Origin: Acidobacteriota bacterium
GTDB taxonomy: Bacteria; Acidobacteriota; UBA6911; RPQK01; JAJDTT01
Direction of reading: 5' to 3'
Assembly (NCBI GenBank): GCA_965263035.1
Contig: OZ253580.1
Coordinates: 1,984,001 to 2,048,000 of the forward strand
Length of the DNA: 64,000 nt
The translations under genes were made by a program, and so were the position numbers. Position 1 is the stretch's first letter, and each line of letters opens with the position of its first letter. The notes beneath the pieces are model-generated. The model saw only the letters and a list, made by a program, of their open reading frames with translations. It did not search any database and was not told the origin of the DNA. Shown piece after piece: positions 37,257-47,461 of this stretch.

Positions 37257-38914
37257 GGCTCTTGTATGAAAACAGAACGGTTCAGAGATTGTGGCGGCAT
37301 CACTTCCTGCATCTTGCCACACGGCCAGGAGATCCGAATCGAGTCGATCTTCGTCTTATGCCCCAGACCGAAGTGGAGGCGCGGGTCGTTCTGGCTCAGG
37401 TAACTGCTGGCCGACCGAAGCTCTCGAGTCAGTTTCAGGTTGCCGGCTTCAAGAGTCATGCGGGCCCCGACGGCGTCCCGGTTGCAGTGGCTTCCTCTCA
37501 GCCGGAAGCGGACCCAGTTGCCGCTTTCCCGGGTCCGGTTCTCCAGCAGGTCCGCCTTGCCTCCACAGTTGGTCACCAGCAGGTCCAGCTTGCCGTCGTT
37601 GTTGAAATCCCCCACGGCCGAGCCCCGGGAGACGTTCTGCACCGAAAAATAGCCTCCGGGACTGCCGGCCTCGGTGAAGCGTCCCTTCCCGTCGTTCAGG
37701 AACAACTGGTTCGGCTGGCGATACCGGCTGCCCGCATTGGCGCGGGCGGCCTCCTCCAGAACATGCCCGTTGGCCACGAAGAGATCCAGGTCTCCATCGT
37801 TGTCGGCATCGAAGAAGTTGGCGCCGAATCCCAAGGGAACGAAACTGGGCCCCGAGAGCCCCGTATCGATGATCCGGTCGCTGAAAAATTCTCCGCCCTC
37901 ATTCCAGTAGAGGGCGTTGTATTGGAGCGAGTAGTTGGTGACCAGGACATGGAAGCGGCCCCCACCGTCCAGGTCGCCGGCGTCCACTCCCATGCCGGCC
38001 TGGGCCATGCCGGAGCCGCCCAGGGCGGTGCCCGATTCCAGAGAGACGTCCTAGAAGCTGCCGTCGCCCTGGTTCCGAAACAGATAGTTGCCGGTGGTGT
38101 CGTTGGCCACGTACAGATCCTGATCCCCGTCCCGATCCAGATCCAGCCAGAGGACCCCAAGGCTCTTGCTGTACCGGGCGTCCTCCCGCAAGCCGGCGCT
38201 CCGGGTGACGTCGATGAAGGTACGCCCTCCCAGATTCCGGTAGAGGACGTTGTCAACTCCGTCGAAGCCATGGGGATAGCAGTAGATGGGAATCTGCTGG
38301 AAGTAGCAGGGTTCGTGGCCCTGAAAGGAGAACTCCAGATAGTTGGCCAGGTAAAGATCCAACAGCCCGTCCCCGTCGTAGTCGGCGAAAGCGGCGCTGG
38401 TCCCCCAGCGGGAATCGGCGGCCCCAGATCGCCTGCTCACGTCCTGGAAGGCGCCGTTGCCCAGGTTTCGGTAGAGCACATTGGGACCCACGTTGGTGAC
38501 GTAGATGTCCACGTGGCCATCGTTGTCGTAGTCTCCGAAGGTGCACCCCATGCCGTAGGACGGATCCCCGACTCCGGCCTGGTCGGTGACGTCGAAAAAG
38601 GTCCCGTCCCTCCGGTTTCGAAACAGCCGGTTCGAGCCTTGGCCGTTGACGAGATAGACGTCCATCCAGCCGTCGCCATCGTAGTCCAGAAAACCGCCGC
38701 CGGAACCCATGGTCTCGATCAGATACTTGGCCTTTGGGTCGGGTTCGGCGACCTGGTTGCGGTGTACGAATTCCAGCCCCGCCGCTCGGCTGACATCGGC
38801 GAAGCGGGGCGTGGTTTCGTCTTTCGCCGGGAGTTGGGCGTGGAGGACCAGAAGGAGGACCGGTAATACTCCCTTCGCCGGGGGCAACGTTGCCTGGGTC
38901 CGAGGCCGGATCAT
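37253..38914 (-). pseudogene. CRTAC1 / FG-GAP / ASPIC-UnbV family protein with an in-frame TAG at 38051-38053
   Basis: FLDYDGDGWMDVY, DYDNDGHVDIY, SYLSQNDPRLHFGLG; the two ORF halves are in the same frame, separated by GDGSF*DVS. Confidence 0.85.
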
Positions 38915-40590
38915 TCCGTCCAGAGCGCGTAGAGGGAGCCTTTTCGGAGGTGAATCCTCAGGACCACGGTCTGTCCGTTCAAGCGAGTCATGGAATCGGA
39001 GCCATTCCACCGGATCGGGAACCGGGTCCGGTCGCCGCTGAGCGACAGGCTGTCACCGCCGGAGAACCCGGGGACGGGGCGCCCCCCGGCATCCAGGACC
39101 TCGACTCGAATCCGGCCCTCGGGAGCGTCCAGATTGACCCAGAGGCGATCGCCGCTCATCACCAGGGGACGGGTGGTGAGGGTCCCCTCGCGCCGGCCCG
39201 CGTCCAGAGAGACGAACCCGTCCCGGCGCAGCACCGCCACGTGAATGGCGGAATGGGCGTCGTCGATGTAGTCGGCACGCTCCTGCGGGTTCAGGGAATC
39301 GGGGCTGCGCGGGCTCCCGTCCGAGTACCGGTCATAGGGGCAGACCCGCCACTTGAAGCCCGAATAGTAGAACCAAAGTTCTTCTTCCTTCTCCACCGGC
39401 CGGTTGGTGGGCATCAGCTGCATCCGGTCGTAGTTCCCGGCCAAACCCTGGTCGAGGCGCGAGGGACCGATGAAGGGCTCGCGGTTCCCCAGGCGTTCCC
39501 AATGCTTCAGGTCCCGGGTCATGGCCAGTTGGATCAGATGGAAGCCGTCGGTGTTCCGCCGCTCCGGCAAGCGGGCTCCGGTGGGGTAGAAGATCATGGG
39601 CAACCCGATGTACAGGCCCTCGTAAGGGAAGACGCCGATGTTGTAGGACTGGGCGTTCCAAGTTCCCCGGTTTTGGAACTCCACGTCAGGCGGAGACCAT
39701 CCGATGGACGGATCCGGGTCCACGAAGAGAGGCCGCGCCAGACCCGGGTCGGCGATCCGTCTTCGGATCACTTCGAGGGCGTGCTCCTGGTCCTGGTCAT
39801 CGGTGCTGAAGAGGAATCGGGGCTCCGACCAGTGCACGAAGTCCCGGCTCACGGAGAGGTTGTAGGAACGGCCGTACTTGCCGCCGAACTTGAGCAGTCC
39901 CAGGAATTGCCGCCGTTCCCGGTCGTAGGTGAGGGTGCCGGCATCGCCGGAAGGCAGGGTCGGAACTTCGAGGATGGTCCAGTGGACGGCGTCCGGGCTC
40001 ACTACCGGACGGCGTCCGCTGTGGCCCAGGAATCCCTTGTACCGCCGGGCCGGATCGGGATCATCGGGGTCGTGGACCACGTGCCAGAGGCGTTTCTTCT
40101 CGGGAGCCGCGATGAGGTTGTTGGCCCGGGATCCGCGGTATTCCACCGCGCCCAGATCGGGTTTCTCCCAGACCAGGCCGTCCCGGGACGTGGCCAGAGC
40201 CCAACGGAAACCCTCTTCTGCGTAGCGGAGCGGCCGGCCCTCGTAGACCAGCTTGTAGCGCCCCTCCTGTTCGATCCACATGGGTGCCGAAACCGTGGCG
40301 ACGAAGCGTCCGTCCGAGGGCTGGTCCGGCAATAGCACGGCCCCCTGTTTGGTGGGCCGCTGCATGACCCGGTCCAGATTCCGGATCTCGCCGACGATGT
40401 GGTCGTCCAGAAAGAGCTGCTTGCGGCCCGGCTCCAGGCGGACCGGGTCATCCCGGCCTGCGGATCTTCCCTGCCCCGACAGCAGCAGGAACATCAGCGT
40501 CGCGAAAAGACTGCAAAAGCGTGGACTCACGGCAGGTTCTCCGTTGCGCTTCGAGAAAAACCGGCGGCCTTCTTTCTGATTGGCGCTCAT
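38911..40590 (-). CDS. Secreted GH32/GH43-like beta-propeller protein (subfamily C)
   Basis: KQLFLDDH, SRDGLVWEKP, PSGDAG, YEGLYIG, LRRDGFVSL; ATGA overlaps on both sides; start may be GTG 40530. Confidence 0.75.
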   Translation of the reverse strand: MSANQKEGRRFFSKRNGEPAVSPRFCSLFATLMFLLLSGQGRSAGRDDPVRLEPGRKQLFLDDHIVGEIRNLDRVMQRPTKQGAVLLPDQPSDGRFVATVSAPMWIEQEGRYKLVYEGRPLRYAEEGFRWALATSRDGLVWEKPDLGAVEYRGSRANNLIAAPEKKRLWHVVHDPDDPDPARRYKGFLGHSGRRPVVSPDAVHWTILEVPTLPSGDAGTLTYDRERRQFLGLLKFGGKYGRSYNLSVSRDFVHWSEPRFLFSTDDQDQEHALEVIRRRIADPGLARPLFVDPDPSIGWSPPDVEFQNRGTWNAQSYNIGVFPYEGLYIGLPMIFYPTGARLPERRNTDGFHLIQLAMTRDLKHWERLGNREPFIGPSRLDQGLAGNYDRMQLMPTNRPVEKEEELWFYYSGFKWRVCPYDRYSDGSPRSPDSLNPQERADYIDDAHSAIHVAVLRRDGFVSLDAGRREGTLTTRPLVMSGDRLWVNLDAPEGRIRVEVLDAGGRPVPGFSGGDSLSLSGDRTRFPIRWNGSDSMTRLNGQTVVLRIHLRKGSLYALWTE

Positions 40591-42224
40591 TCGGTCCAGA
40601 ACGAATACAAAGAGGCATCCCGAAGATGGATCTTCAGCCTCACCGTCCGGCCCGCCAAGTCGGATAATCCATTCCGCCCCTTCCATCCGACTGGGACACG
40701 GACCTGGTCTCCACCGGCCGCTGCGGAATCATCCAGCCCGAAGCCGGGCACGACGACGCCAGTTTCGTCCAGGATCTCCACCCGGGCTTCTCCCTCCGGC
40801 GCCCGGAGGTTCAGGAACAACCTGTCCCCTGCCATCTTCAGAAGTTTCGTCACCAGGAAACCCCCATTCTCGTCCGCATCCAGGGAAATGAACCCGTCCC
40901 GACGCAGGACCGAGACGTAAACGGCGCTGTGGGTATCCTCGATCCAATCCGCCCGCTCCTCCGCAGACAGGGTAGACGGATCCCGAGGCGCGCCGTTGCG
41001 GTACCGGTCATGCTGGGGGACGCGGCGCTTCATGCCGGTGTAGTAGAACCAGAGCTCGTCTCCCCGGTCCACCGGCTGGTTGGTCACATTGAGTTGCAGA
41101 CGGTCGTAGTTTCCCACCAGGCCCTCATCCAGGCGGGACGTAGTGATGAACGGCTGGCGGTTGCCCAGCCGCTTCCAGGTCTTGAGGTCGCGGGTCATCG
41201 CCAACTGCATCTCGTTGAACCCGTCGGTATTGGTCTTCTCGGGGAGCCGGATGCCGGTGGGATAGAAGAACATGAGCCAGCCCAGGTGCACGCCTTCGTA
41301 CGGGAACACGCCGATGTTGTAGCACTGGACGTTCCACGTCCCCCGGTTCCTGAATTCCCCGGGCGGTTGCTTCCAACCGGTGGCCGGATCGGGATCCACC
41401 ATCAGAGGCTTGGCCAGCCCCGGATCGGCCAGCCTGCGCCGGATGACGTCCAGCGCCATCCTCTGGTCCTCGTCATCGGTGCTGAAGAGGAACCTGGGCT
41501 CCGACCAGTTCACGAAGTCCCTGCTGACGGAGAGGTTGTAGGAGCGTCCGTACTTGCCGGTGAACTTGAGCAGCCCCAGGAATTGCCGGCTCGCCCGGTC
41601 ATAGGTGAGGGTGCCGGCGTCACCCGAAGGGAGCTTCTCCACCTCCAGCAGTTGCCAGTGGATGCAGTCCGGGCTCACCACCGGACGGCGTCCGCTGGCT
41701 CCCAGGAACCCCTTGTAGCGCCGCTCCGGATCCGGGTCATCCGGATCGTGGACCACCTGCCAGAGACGCTGCCTCTCAGGAGAATCGATCAGGTTGTTCT
41801 CTTTGTTGCCGTTGAACTCCAACGCCCCCAGGTTCGGTTTCTCCCAGTTGAGGCCATCCCGGGAGAGGGCCAGCGCCCAGTAGGTCGTGCCCTCCCCTCC
41901 GTTTGGCCGGTGCCTCGCCTCGTAGACGAATTTGTAAATTTTCTCATCGGGGATCCACATCGGAGCGCTGACCGTCTGCACGAAGGTCCCGTCCGAAGGG
42001 ATGTCAGCCTTGAGAACGACCCCCCGCTTGCGGGGCCGGTGAAAGCTCCGGACCAGATTCCCGGTCTTGTCGACGACATGGTCATCCAGAAACAGTTCCC
42101 GTTTCCCCGGCTCCAGAGGGATGGCGTCGACGGCTCTCGCCCACAGGCAGGGAGTCAACGACAGCCCTGCCGCCAACCAGACCAAACACACCCGCGTCCA
42201 TGCCGCCCTTCCCTCAGATCTCAC
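40587..42224 (-). CDS. Secreted GH32/GH43-like beta-propeller protein (subfamily C), tandem paralog
   Basis: Signal peptide; long segments shared with 38911-40590 (KYGRSYNLSVSRDFV.WSEPRFLFSTDD). Confidence 0.75.
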   Translation of the reverse strand: MRSEGRAAWTRVCLVWLAAGLSLTPCLWARAVDAIPLEPGKRELFLDDHVVDKTGNLVRSFHRPRKRGVVLKADIPSDGTFVQTVSAPMWIPDEKIYKFVYEARHRPNGGEGTTYWALALSRDGLNWEKPNLGALEFNGNKENNLIDSPERQRLWQVVHDPDDPDPERRYKGFLGASGRRPVVSPDCIHWQLLEVEKLPSGDAGTLTYDRASRQFLGLLKFTGKYGRSYNLSVSRDFVNWSEPRFLFSTDDEDQRMALDVIRRRLADPGLAKPLMVDPDPATGWKQPPGEFRNRGTWNVQCYNIGVFPYEGVHLGWLMFFYPTGIRLPEKTNTDGFNEMQLAMTRDLKTWKRLGNRQPFITTSRLDEGLVGNYDRLQLNVTNQPVDRGDELWFYYTGMKRRVPQHDRYRNGAPRDPSTLSAEERADWIEDTHSAVYVSVLRRDGFISLDADENGGFLVTKLLKMAGDRLFLNLRAPEGEARVEILDETGVVVPGFGLDDSAAAGGDQVRVPVGWKGRNGLSDLAGRTVRLKIHLRDASLYSFWTE

Positions 42225-42383
42225 TTTTCCCCTCCCATGTCACCAACGCCGATGGAGTCCCGCTCACCGCCAGAGTCCACCGGACACTACTCTTTCGTTT
42301 TTTTTCCTTCCTCTTTTCTCAGATTGTGGATTGCCTCCAATCATGACACCCTCTCTGGAAACATCCAACCGGGGGAACCCCAG

Positions 42384-43808
42384 ATGAATCACTCGAAAGT
42401 ATTGGTCACGAGCCTCCTGGCACTGCTTGCCATGCCCATCCTGCAGTCGGGCCATTCACCGGTCCAGATCGGAAGTGAACGCCAACTGTTCGTGGATCGT
42501 CTGCTGATCGACCGCATGGACGGAGTCCGATTGAAGATGCACTCTCCCGTTCGCAGGGAGGCCGCCCTGCGTATGGAGCATCCGTGGGAAGAACGGGGTG
42601 TTTCCTACATGGTGACGTTCAAGGACGGAGACCGCTTTCGGGCCTGGTACCGCGCCGACGCCGCCACCCATCGGACCGCCTACGCCGAGAGCAGAGACGG
42701 CATCACCTGGGAGAAACCCATGATCGGCCCGATCCCGTTCGGAGACCACAAGCAGACCAACCTGGTCTGGGAAGCCGAGGACAGAGCCGGCAACCTCTCG
42801 GTTCTCAAGGACCCGAATCCGGATGTGCCTCCCGACGAAAGGTACAAGGGGATCGTCCGTGGCCGGGGCCAGATCACGGCGCTGGTCTCGGAGGATGGCA
42901 TTCATTGGCGGCCGTTCCGGGAGAAGCCCCTGATCGACAACCACCCGGTCGACTCCCACAACATCCTGATCTGGGATCCGCATCTGGAGCGGTACGCCAT
43001 CTACTTCCGGGGCATCCGAAAGGTCCCCGGCGTGGCGATCGACAACACCTCCTGGAAGACTCTGGGAGTCCGCTGGGTGCGGCGCTCGTTGTCCCGAGAC
43101 TTTCGGAGCTGGTCGGAGCCGCGGCTCATCGAATCGGGAAGTTCCCCGATCGAACAGTTCTACACCAACGACACCGTCGTCTACGAACGGGCTCCCACCT
43201 GGTTTCTCATGTTCCCTTCCCGCTTCGTGGTGGAGCGGGTACCGGTTCCCGACTGGCCCGCCGGCTCCGGCGTCAACGACATCGTGCTGCTCTCCAGCCG
43301 GGACGGTCTCAACTGGGACCGGACCTTCCTGGAGGCCTTTCTGCGCCCGGGGCCCGATCCCAACACCTGGCACGAACGGGCGCTGTACATGGAACACGGA
43401 ATCCTGCAGACGGGTCCCCGGGAGCTGTCCATGTACGCCATGCACAACTGGAGAACGGACGACACTCACATCCGCCGGCTCAGTCTGCGAGTGGACGGGT
43501 TCGCCTCGGTTCATGGCGACTACGCCGGAGGTGTCCTGATCACCCGCCCGCTGGTCTTCGAGGGGAGTGAACTGGAGATCAACTTTGCCACCTCCGCGGT
43601 GGGCAGCCTCCGTTTCGAAATTCGGGACGGAAGCAACAATCCGCTTCCGGGCTACGGAATGCAGGACTGCGACGAGATCTACGGGGACGAGATCGACCGG
43701 GTCGTGAAGTGGAAGGGCAGCACGGATGTCTCCTCGCTGACGGGAAAGCCGGTCCGCCTCCACATCCGGTTGCGGGACGCCGACCTCTATTCCTTCCGCT
43801 TCCGGTAG
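42384..43808 (+). CDS. Secreted GH32/GH43-like beta-propeller protein (subfamily B)
   Basis: MNHSKVLV signal peptide; RQLFVD, ESRDGITWEKP, DSHN, FYTN, LRVDGFAS, DADLYSFRF. Confidence 0.75.
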   Translation: MNHSKVLVTSLLALLAMPILQSGHSPVQIGSERQLFVDRLLIDRMDGVRLKMHSPVRREAALRMEHPWEERGVSYMVTFKDGDRFRAWYRADAATHRTAYAESRDGITWEKPMIGPIPFGDHKQTNLVWEAEDRAGNLSVLKDPNPDVPPDERYKGIVRGRGQITALVSEDGIHWRPFREKPLIDNHPVDSHNILIWDPHLERYAIYFRGIRKVPGVAIDNTSWKTLGVRWVRRSLSRDFRSWSEPRLIESGSSPIEQFYTNDTVVYERAPTWFLMFPSRFVVERVPVPDWPAGSGVNDIVLLSSRDGLNWDRTFLEAFLRPGPDPNTWHERALYMEHGILQTGPRELSMYAMHNWRTDDTHIRRLSLRVDGFASVHGDYAGGVLITRPLVFEGSELEINFATSAVGSLRFEIRDGSNNPLPGYGMQDCDEIYGDEIDRVVKWKGSTDVSSLTGKPVRLHIRLRDADLYSFRFR

Positions 43809-43967
43809 GAGTCTGCGCGGTAGGAATGATCGTAGCGAGAAAGCGGGGAATCGAGGCCAGATTTTCTCGATTTTGAGGTGCATAGTCGTTCTATTCGCCG
43901 AGAAATCGGGGAAATATGGACCGATTCTACCGCTTTCGCAGTAGATCAATTTCTGCCGCGCAGGCTC
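43809..43967 (+). mobile_element. MITE copy 3 (159 bp)
   Basis: Begins immediately after the TAG stop of the upstream gene; GAGTCTGCGCGGTAGGAAT...ATTTCTGCCGCGCAGGCTC; flanks GTAG / CTGG. Confidence 0.9.
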
Positions 43968-43988
43968 CTGGGCGGGAATCGGACCCGG

Positions 43989-44660
43989 TCAGCGAGGCGC
44001 CTCCGGCCAGACGGCATCGGGGCTCGCAGCTTCCGGTTGATCGGGACCCAGGTTGGCCGGGTCCACGGCAGCCACAACGAAGTTCTCAGGAGGTACCGGA
44101 GATCCGGACAGGCGGCGAAGCATGGCGAGCTGACCGGCATGGGTCATGGCGTCGGCGAACGGTCCCTGCGCCAGCCGTTCTTCGTTCGTGCCGTTCAGTT
44201 CGGTACCCGCCATGAGGTGCCGCGCCAGATCCTCCAATATCGAGTGGAAGCGCGTGACCTCCGCGTCAAGGTCCGGCAACGGTTCCGGCCAGTACCGGCC
44301 TCCCTGAAAGAACGTTCGCGCGTATCCGAGAACACTTGTCATATGCCGTACCAGCTCGGCCGGCGTTCGCACCTGATTGCCGACCCGGAACGTGCCAAAG
44401 GATTCGGGCGCACCCCTGAGCGCCTTCTGCGTCCGGTAGGCGAGCGCGGCGAGAAAATGCCGAAGCATCGCGCGTTTGTCACTCATGACATTACAGAACT
44501 CCATGTAGTCATCGATGGATTCGCGAAAAGCCCGCTCAAGACCGTTGACCGTATCGCTCTGGAACGTGATCACGTCGCGCATTTCCACCACTTCCCCGTG
44601 GAATGCGTTGGCTTCGGCGTCGTACTCGGCGTGGCCAACGTATCCCTTGTACTCCAGCAT
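43989..44660 (-). CDS. In-frame fusion of a HicB antitoxin N-terminal domain and a DinB/YfiT-like protein
   Basis: MLEYKGY...FHGEV....DVITFQ.....LERAFRESIDDYMEFC (HicB) then MSDKRAMLRHFLAALAYR...TPAELVRHM...DAMTHAGQLAMLRR (DinB-like); AGGAGG RBS before 44660. Confidence 0.75.
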   Translation of the reverse strand: MLEYKGYVGHAEYDAEANAFHGEVVEMRDVITFQSDTVNGLERAFRESIDDYMEFCNVMSDKRAMLRHFLAALAYRTQKALRGAPESFGTFRVGNQVRTPAELVRHMTSVLGYARTFFQGGRYWPEPLPDLDAEVTRFHSILEDLARHLMAGTELNGTNEERLAQGPFADAMTHAGQLAMLRRLSGSPVPPENFVVAAVDPANLGPDQPEAASPDAVWPEAPR

Positions 44661-44698
44661 AGTTAATCCTCCTATCCCGCCCACTTTTGCGAATTTCG

Positions 44699-45700
44699 TC
44701 AAAGCCGGAGCTCTCTGTCCAGTTGGACCCTTCGCCCGCCCGCCCGCCGCGAGACGTCGGCTCCGATCATGATACGGCACACGGCCACCGTGTCCTTCAT
44801 CAGCTCGACGGGGCGTTGTCCCGTCCGGACCATGGACACGAAGTCGCCGAGCAGGCTCCGCATCATGAAGAAGGGGTCGTCGGCCGGCAGTACCGAGTGT
44901 CCCTGCGTTCCGTGAAGCGACATCTCCAACGTCTTCGCCATGGGATAGAGGACCTGCAGAAGGGCGCGGCGCCGGTTCGAATAGGTCACCTCCACCGACC
45001 AGTCGCCTCCCTGTACCCGATGACTGTTCCCGGCACCGTCCCGCCAGGGAATGGTCTTGAGGGGTCCCGGCTCTCCCAGAAAGGTGACGTTGACCGGTTC
45101 CCGGCCCCAGAGTTGAACCAGCGTCTCGCCCATGTGCCAGCCGTAACCGAACCAGTCCATGGCCGACAGGCCACGGAAGAGGCGGGCCGTCCCGACCGGG
45201 CTGGGCTCCGACTTCAGTTCCCGGAGCGCCGGATTGTAGCGTAAGTTGGAGCAGCTCATGAGAGGGTACTCCTCTCCGGCCTCGCTCCAGAGTTGTTGTA
45301 AGTCTTCCCAGCGACTGACTAGCGGCCGGTCGACAAAGATCGGGATCCCGCGCTGCAGGAAGGGGCGGGCCAAGGGCAGATGGACATCCCCCTCGTTCTC
45401 GGTAATCAGGACGCCGTCCACCCCGTCCAGGAGCTCCTCCGGCCGATCCGCCACGTGTGGAATCCGCCCGATCCAGGCGGCGTGTTCCGCCTTTCGGCGA
45501 TCCTCAGCCCAGATCGACACCACCCGGGCTCCGGCAAGCCGCCGCTCTTCCGGCGGTTGGGCCTCCAGGTAGCGCACGATGTTGGGGTAGGCTTCTTTCA
45601 ACCCCTGCCGAGCGTAGCCGTTGCAGAAGGCGGACAGGGAATAGGGATGGCCATGGGAGACTCCCAGGATGCCCAGACGCAATTCTGAATTCGCCGACAT
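44699..45700 (-). CDS. Gfo/Idh/MocA family oxidoreductase
   Basis: LRLGILGVSHGH, VDGVLI, PFLQRGIPIFVDRP; likely start MSANSE at 45700. Confidence 0.75.
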   Translation of the reverse strand: MSANSELRLGILGVSHGHPYSLSAFCNGYARQGLKEAYPNIVRYLEAQPPEERRLAGARVVSIWAEDRRKAEHAAWIGRIPHVADRPEELLDGVDGVLITENEGDVHLPLARPFLQRGIPIFVDRPLVSRWEDLQQLWSEAGEEYPLMSCSNLRYNPALRELKSEPSPVGTARLFRGLSAMDWFGYGWHMGETLVQLWGREPVNVTFLGEPGPLKTIPWRDGAGNSHRVQGGDWSVEVTYSNRRRALLQVLYPMAKTLEMSLHGTQGHSVLPADDPFFMMRSLLGDFVSMVRTGQRPVELMKDTVAVCRIMIGADVSRRAGGRRVQLDRELRL

Positions 45701-45711
45701 GCCGCCACCTG

Positions 45712-47382
45712 TTACTGGAATTGAAAGGCAAAGATCTTGGCTCGGCGCAAGTGGAAGCGAAGGCGCACCGGTTCTCCGGCCAGATCCTTCAGGCTCGGCC
45801 CGTTCCTCCAGGTGATTGCTTGCGCCACCGAGTTTCCCTGGAAGGCGTCGCAATCGTCCCGGCCGAATCCGGCCAACGGAACCCCGGTTGAGGCGTCCAG
45901 CACCTCGACCGCGACTCGGCCCTCGTCGCCCGCGGTGCGGGCGTTGATCTCCAGACGCTCACCCTCGAAAACCAGAGGCTTGGTGGTGAAATCCCCGTCC
46001 CCGGCCGTCAACGAGACGAATCCGTCCAGGCGCAACTTGGCCAGGTTGATGCTGCTCTCCTCGTTCTCACCTCGCGGCAGCGCCCAGTGACCCTTGCGGT
46101 AGCCGATGTAATAGAGCCAGATCTCGCCCAGGTCCTTCCGCACCACCGGCAACTGGGCCATGTAGACCATGCCGGCGTCGTAGGTGTCGGCGGGCCCGAC
46201 CGGCAGGAAAGGTCGGCCGTTTCCCAACCGCCGCCACTGCCGGCCGTCCCGGCTGGCGACCAACTGGATGTCCACGGTGTCCAGCCAAGGCGTCCGGGCC
46301 GTTCCTCGGACGGGCGGGATCCCCGGCTCCATCCCGCTGCAGATATGGTAGCGGGTCAGGAAGGCGACGTACTGACTCTCGTAGGGCAGGCACTCCAGGG
46401 TGTAGAAGCCGCCGGTGCACGGCGCGTCCCTCTCGTCGGGCGGGATCAGGAGGTAGGGCCGGTTGACCGCCACCGGGTCCTTCATCCCCTGGGGCGCGTC
46501 CCACTTCAGGAAATCGGGACTGGTGGCGATGCCGGGAGCCCGCACCCGCCCTTCCCGCGCCTGGAATCGGGAATCGCCTTCGAAGAGGGGAGGCCAGAGT
46601 CGTATGTGCGCCACGTACCGGCTGCGGGCTTCGTCCCAGAACACCACCTGGTGAGTGTCGTTGTTCAGGTAGACGGGATTGACCTCGGGGCTGGGATAGT
46701 TGGTCCACCGGATCCCGTCGGGAGAATAAGCGGCCCAGACGCCACCCTGGACGGTCTCGGCGTGAAATCCCGCTTGCCCCGGCTTGAGCGCGGGACGCCG
46801 GTAGAGCATCTTGTAGCGCTTCTCCGGGTCCTTTTCGTGGGGATCCTTGAAGACCCCCGGCGCCCGGACTCCACCCGGTTTGCCGAAGACGAAGTTGTGC
46901 TCCCGGGAGGCCCGTCCGGCGCAGAAGGACGAACGGAAGTCGAACTGCCCCACGGACGGCGCCTCCCAGTCGATCCCGTTGCTGGAGGTGTAGTACCCGA
47001 GAAGGTTCTCCTTCCAGAGATAGTCCACCACCTGGTTCCACATCTTGTAGATCTTCTCGTCCCGATCGTAGATCAGGTTGCTGTGTCCGAAATCCATGTC
47101 GGCGCCCCAGCAACGGTCCATCTGCAGGACGGGGTTCCCGGCGTATTTCAGGGGTTGGTTGACCAGCGAATAGACGCCTCGGCGGGATTCCACGATCTGG
47201 TCATCCAGGAAGAGTTGCTTCTGCCGGCCGACAACAATCGGTTCCGCCCCGGCCTCCATGGAGACCGTGGCGCCGGACAGGAGGACAAAGGCAAGCAAAC
47301 TGAAAGCAAGATACCGAGGCCGGAATTCTGGACTGTGAAGCGGCACTGCGTACGATTTGGAAACGATCATGGTGATCCTCAT
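45712..47382 (-). CDS. Secreted GH32/GH43-like beta-propeller protein (subfamily A)
   Basis: NQPLKYAGNPV, NNDTHQ, PGIATSPDF, LRLDGFVSL; start uncertain. Confidence 0.75.
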   Translation of the reverse strand: MRITMIVSKSYAVPLHSPEFRPRYLAFSLLAFVLLSGATVSMEAGAEPIVVGRQKQLFLDDQIVESRRGVYSLVNQPLKYAGNPVLQMDRCWGADMDFGHSNLIYDRDEKIYKMWNQVVDYLWKENLLGYYTSSNGIDWEAPSVGQFDFRSSFCAGRASREHNFVFGKPGGVRAPGVFKDPHEKDPEKRYKMLYRRPALKPGQAGFHAETVQGGVWAAYSPDGIRWTNYPSPEVNPVYLNNDTHQVVFWDEARSRYVAHIRLWPPLFEGDSRFQAREGRVRAPGIATSPDFLKWDAPQGMKDPVAVNRPYLLIPPDERDAPCTGGFYTLECLPYESQYVAFLTRYHICSGMEPGIPPVRGTARTPWLDTVDIQLVASRDGRQWRRLGNGRPFLPVGPADTYDAGMVYMAQLPVVRKDLGEIWLYYIGYRKGHWALPRGENEESSINLAKLRLDGFVSLTAGDGDFTTKPLVFEGERLEINARTAGDEGRVAVEVLDASTGVPLAGFGRDDCDAFQGNSVAQAITWRNGPSLKDLAGEPVRLRFHLRRAKIFAFQFQ

Positions 47383-47461
47383 TAGGAAATTCGTCCGAGG
47401 CAACGACCCGGAACTGAGCGCATAGCGCCCCGATTTTCTCCCGGCCATCGCCTCTCCACGG

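Noticed and set aside
38051-38053. Pyrrolysine or programmed amber readthrough
   Set aside because: No pyl genes in the window; TAG is used as a normal stop by other genes; CAG>TAG mutation or sequencing error is simpler
40929-42383. N-terminal half of the 959-aa ORF 40929-43808
   Set aside because: Antisense shadow of the GH-like gene 40587-42224; the real gene starts at 42384 with a signal peptide
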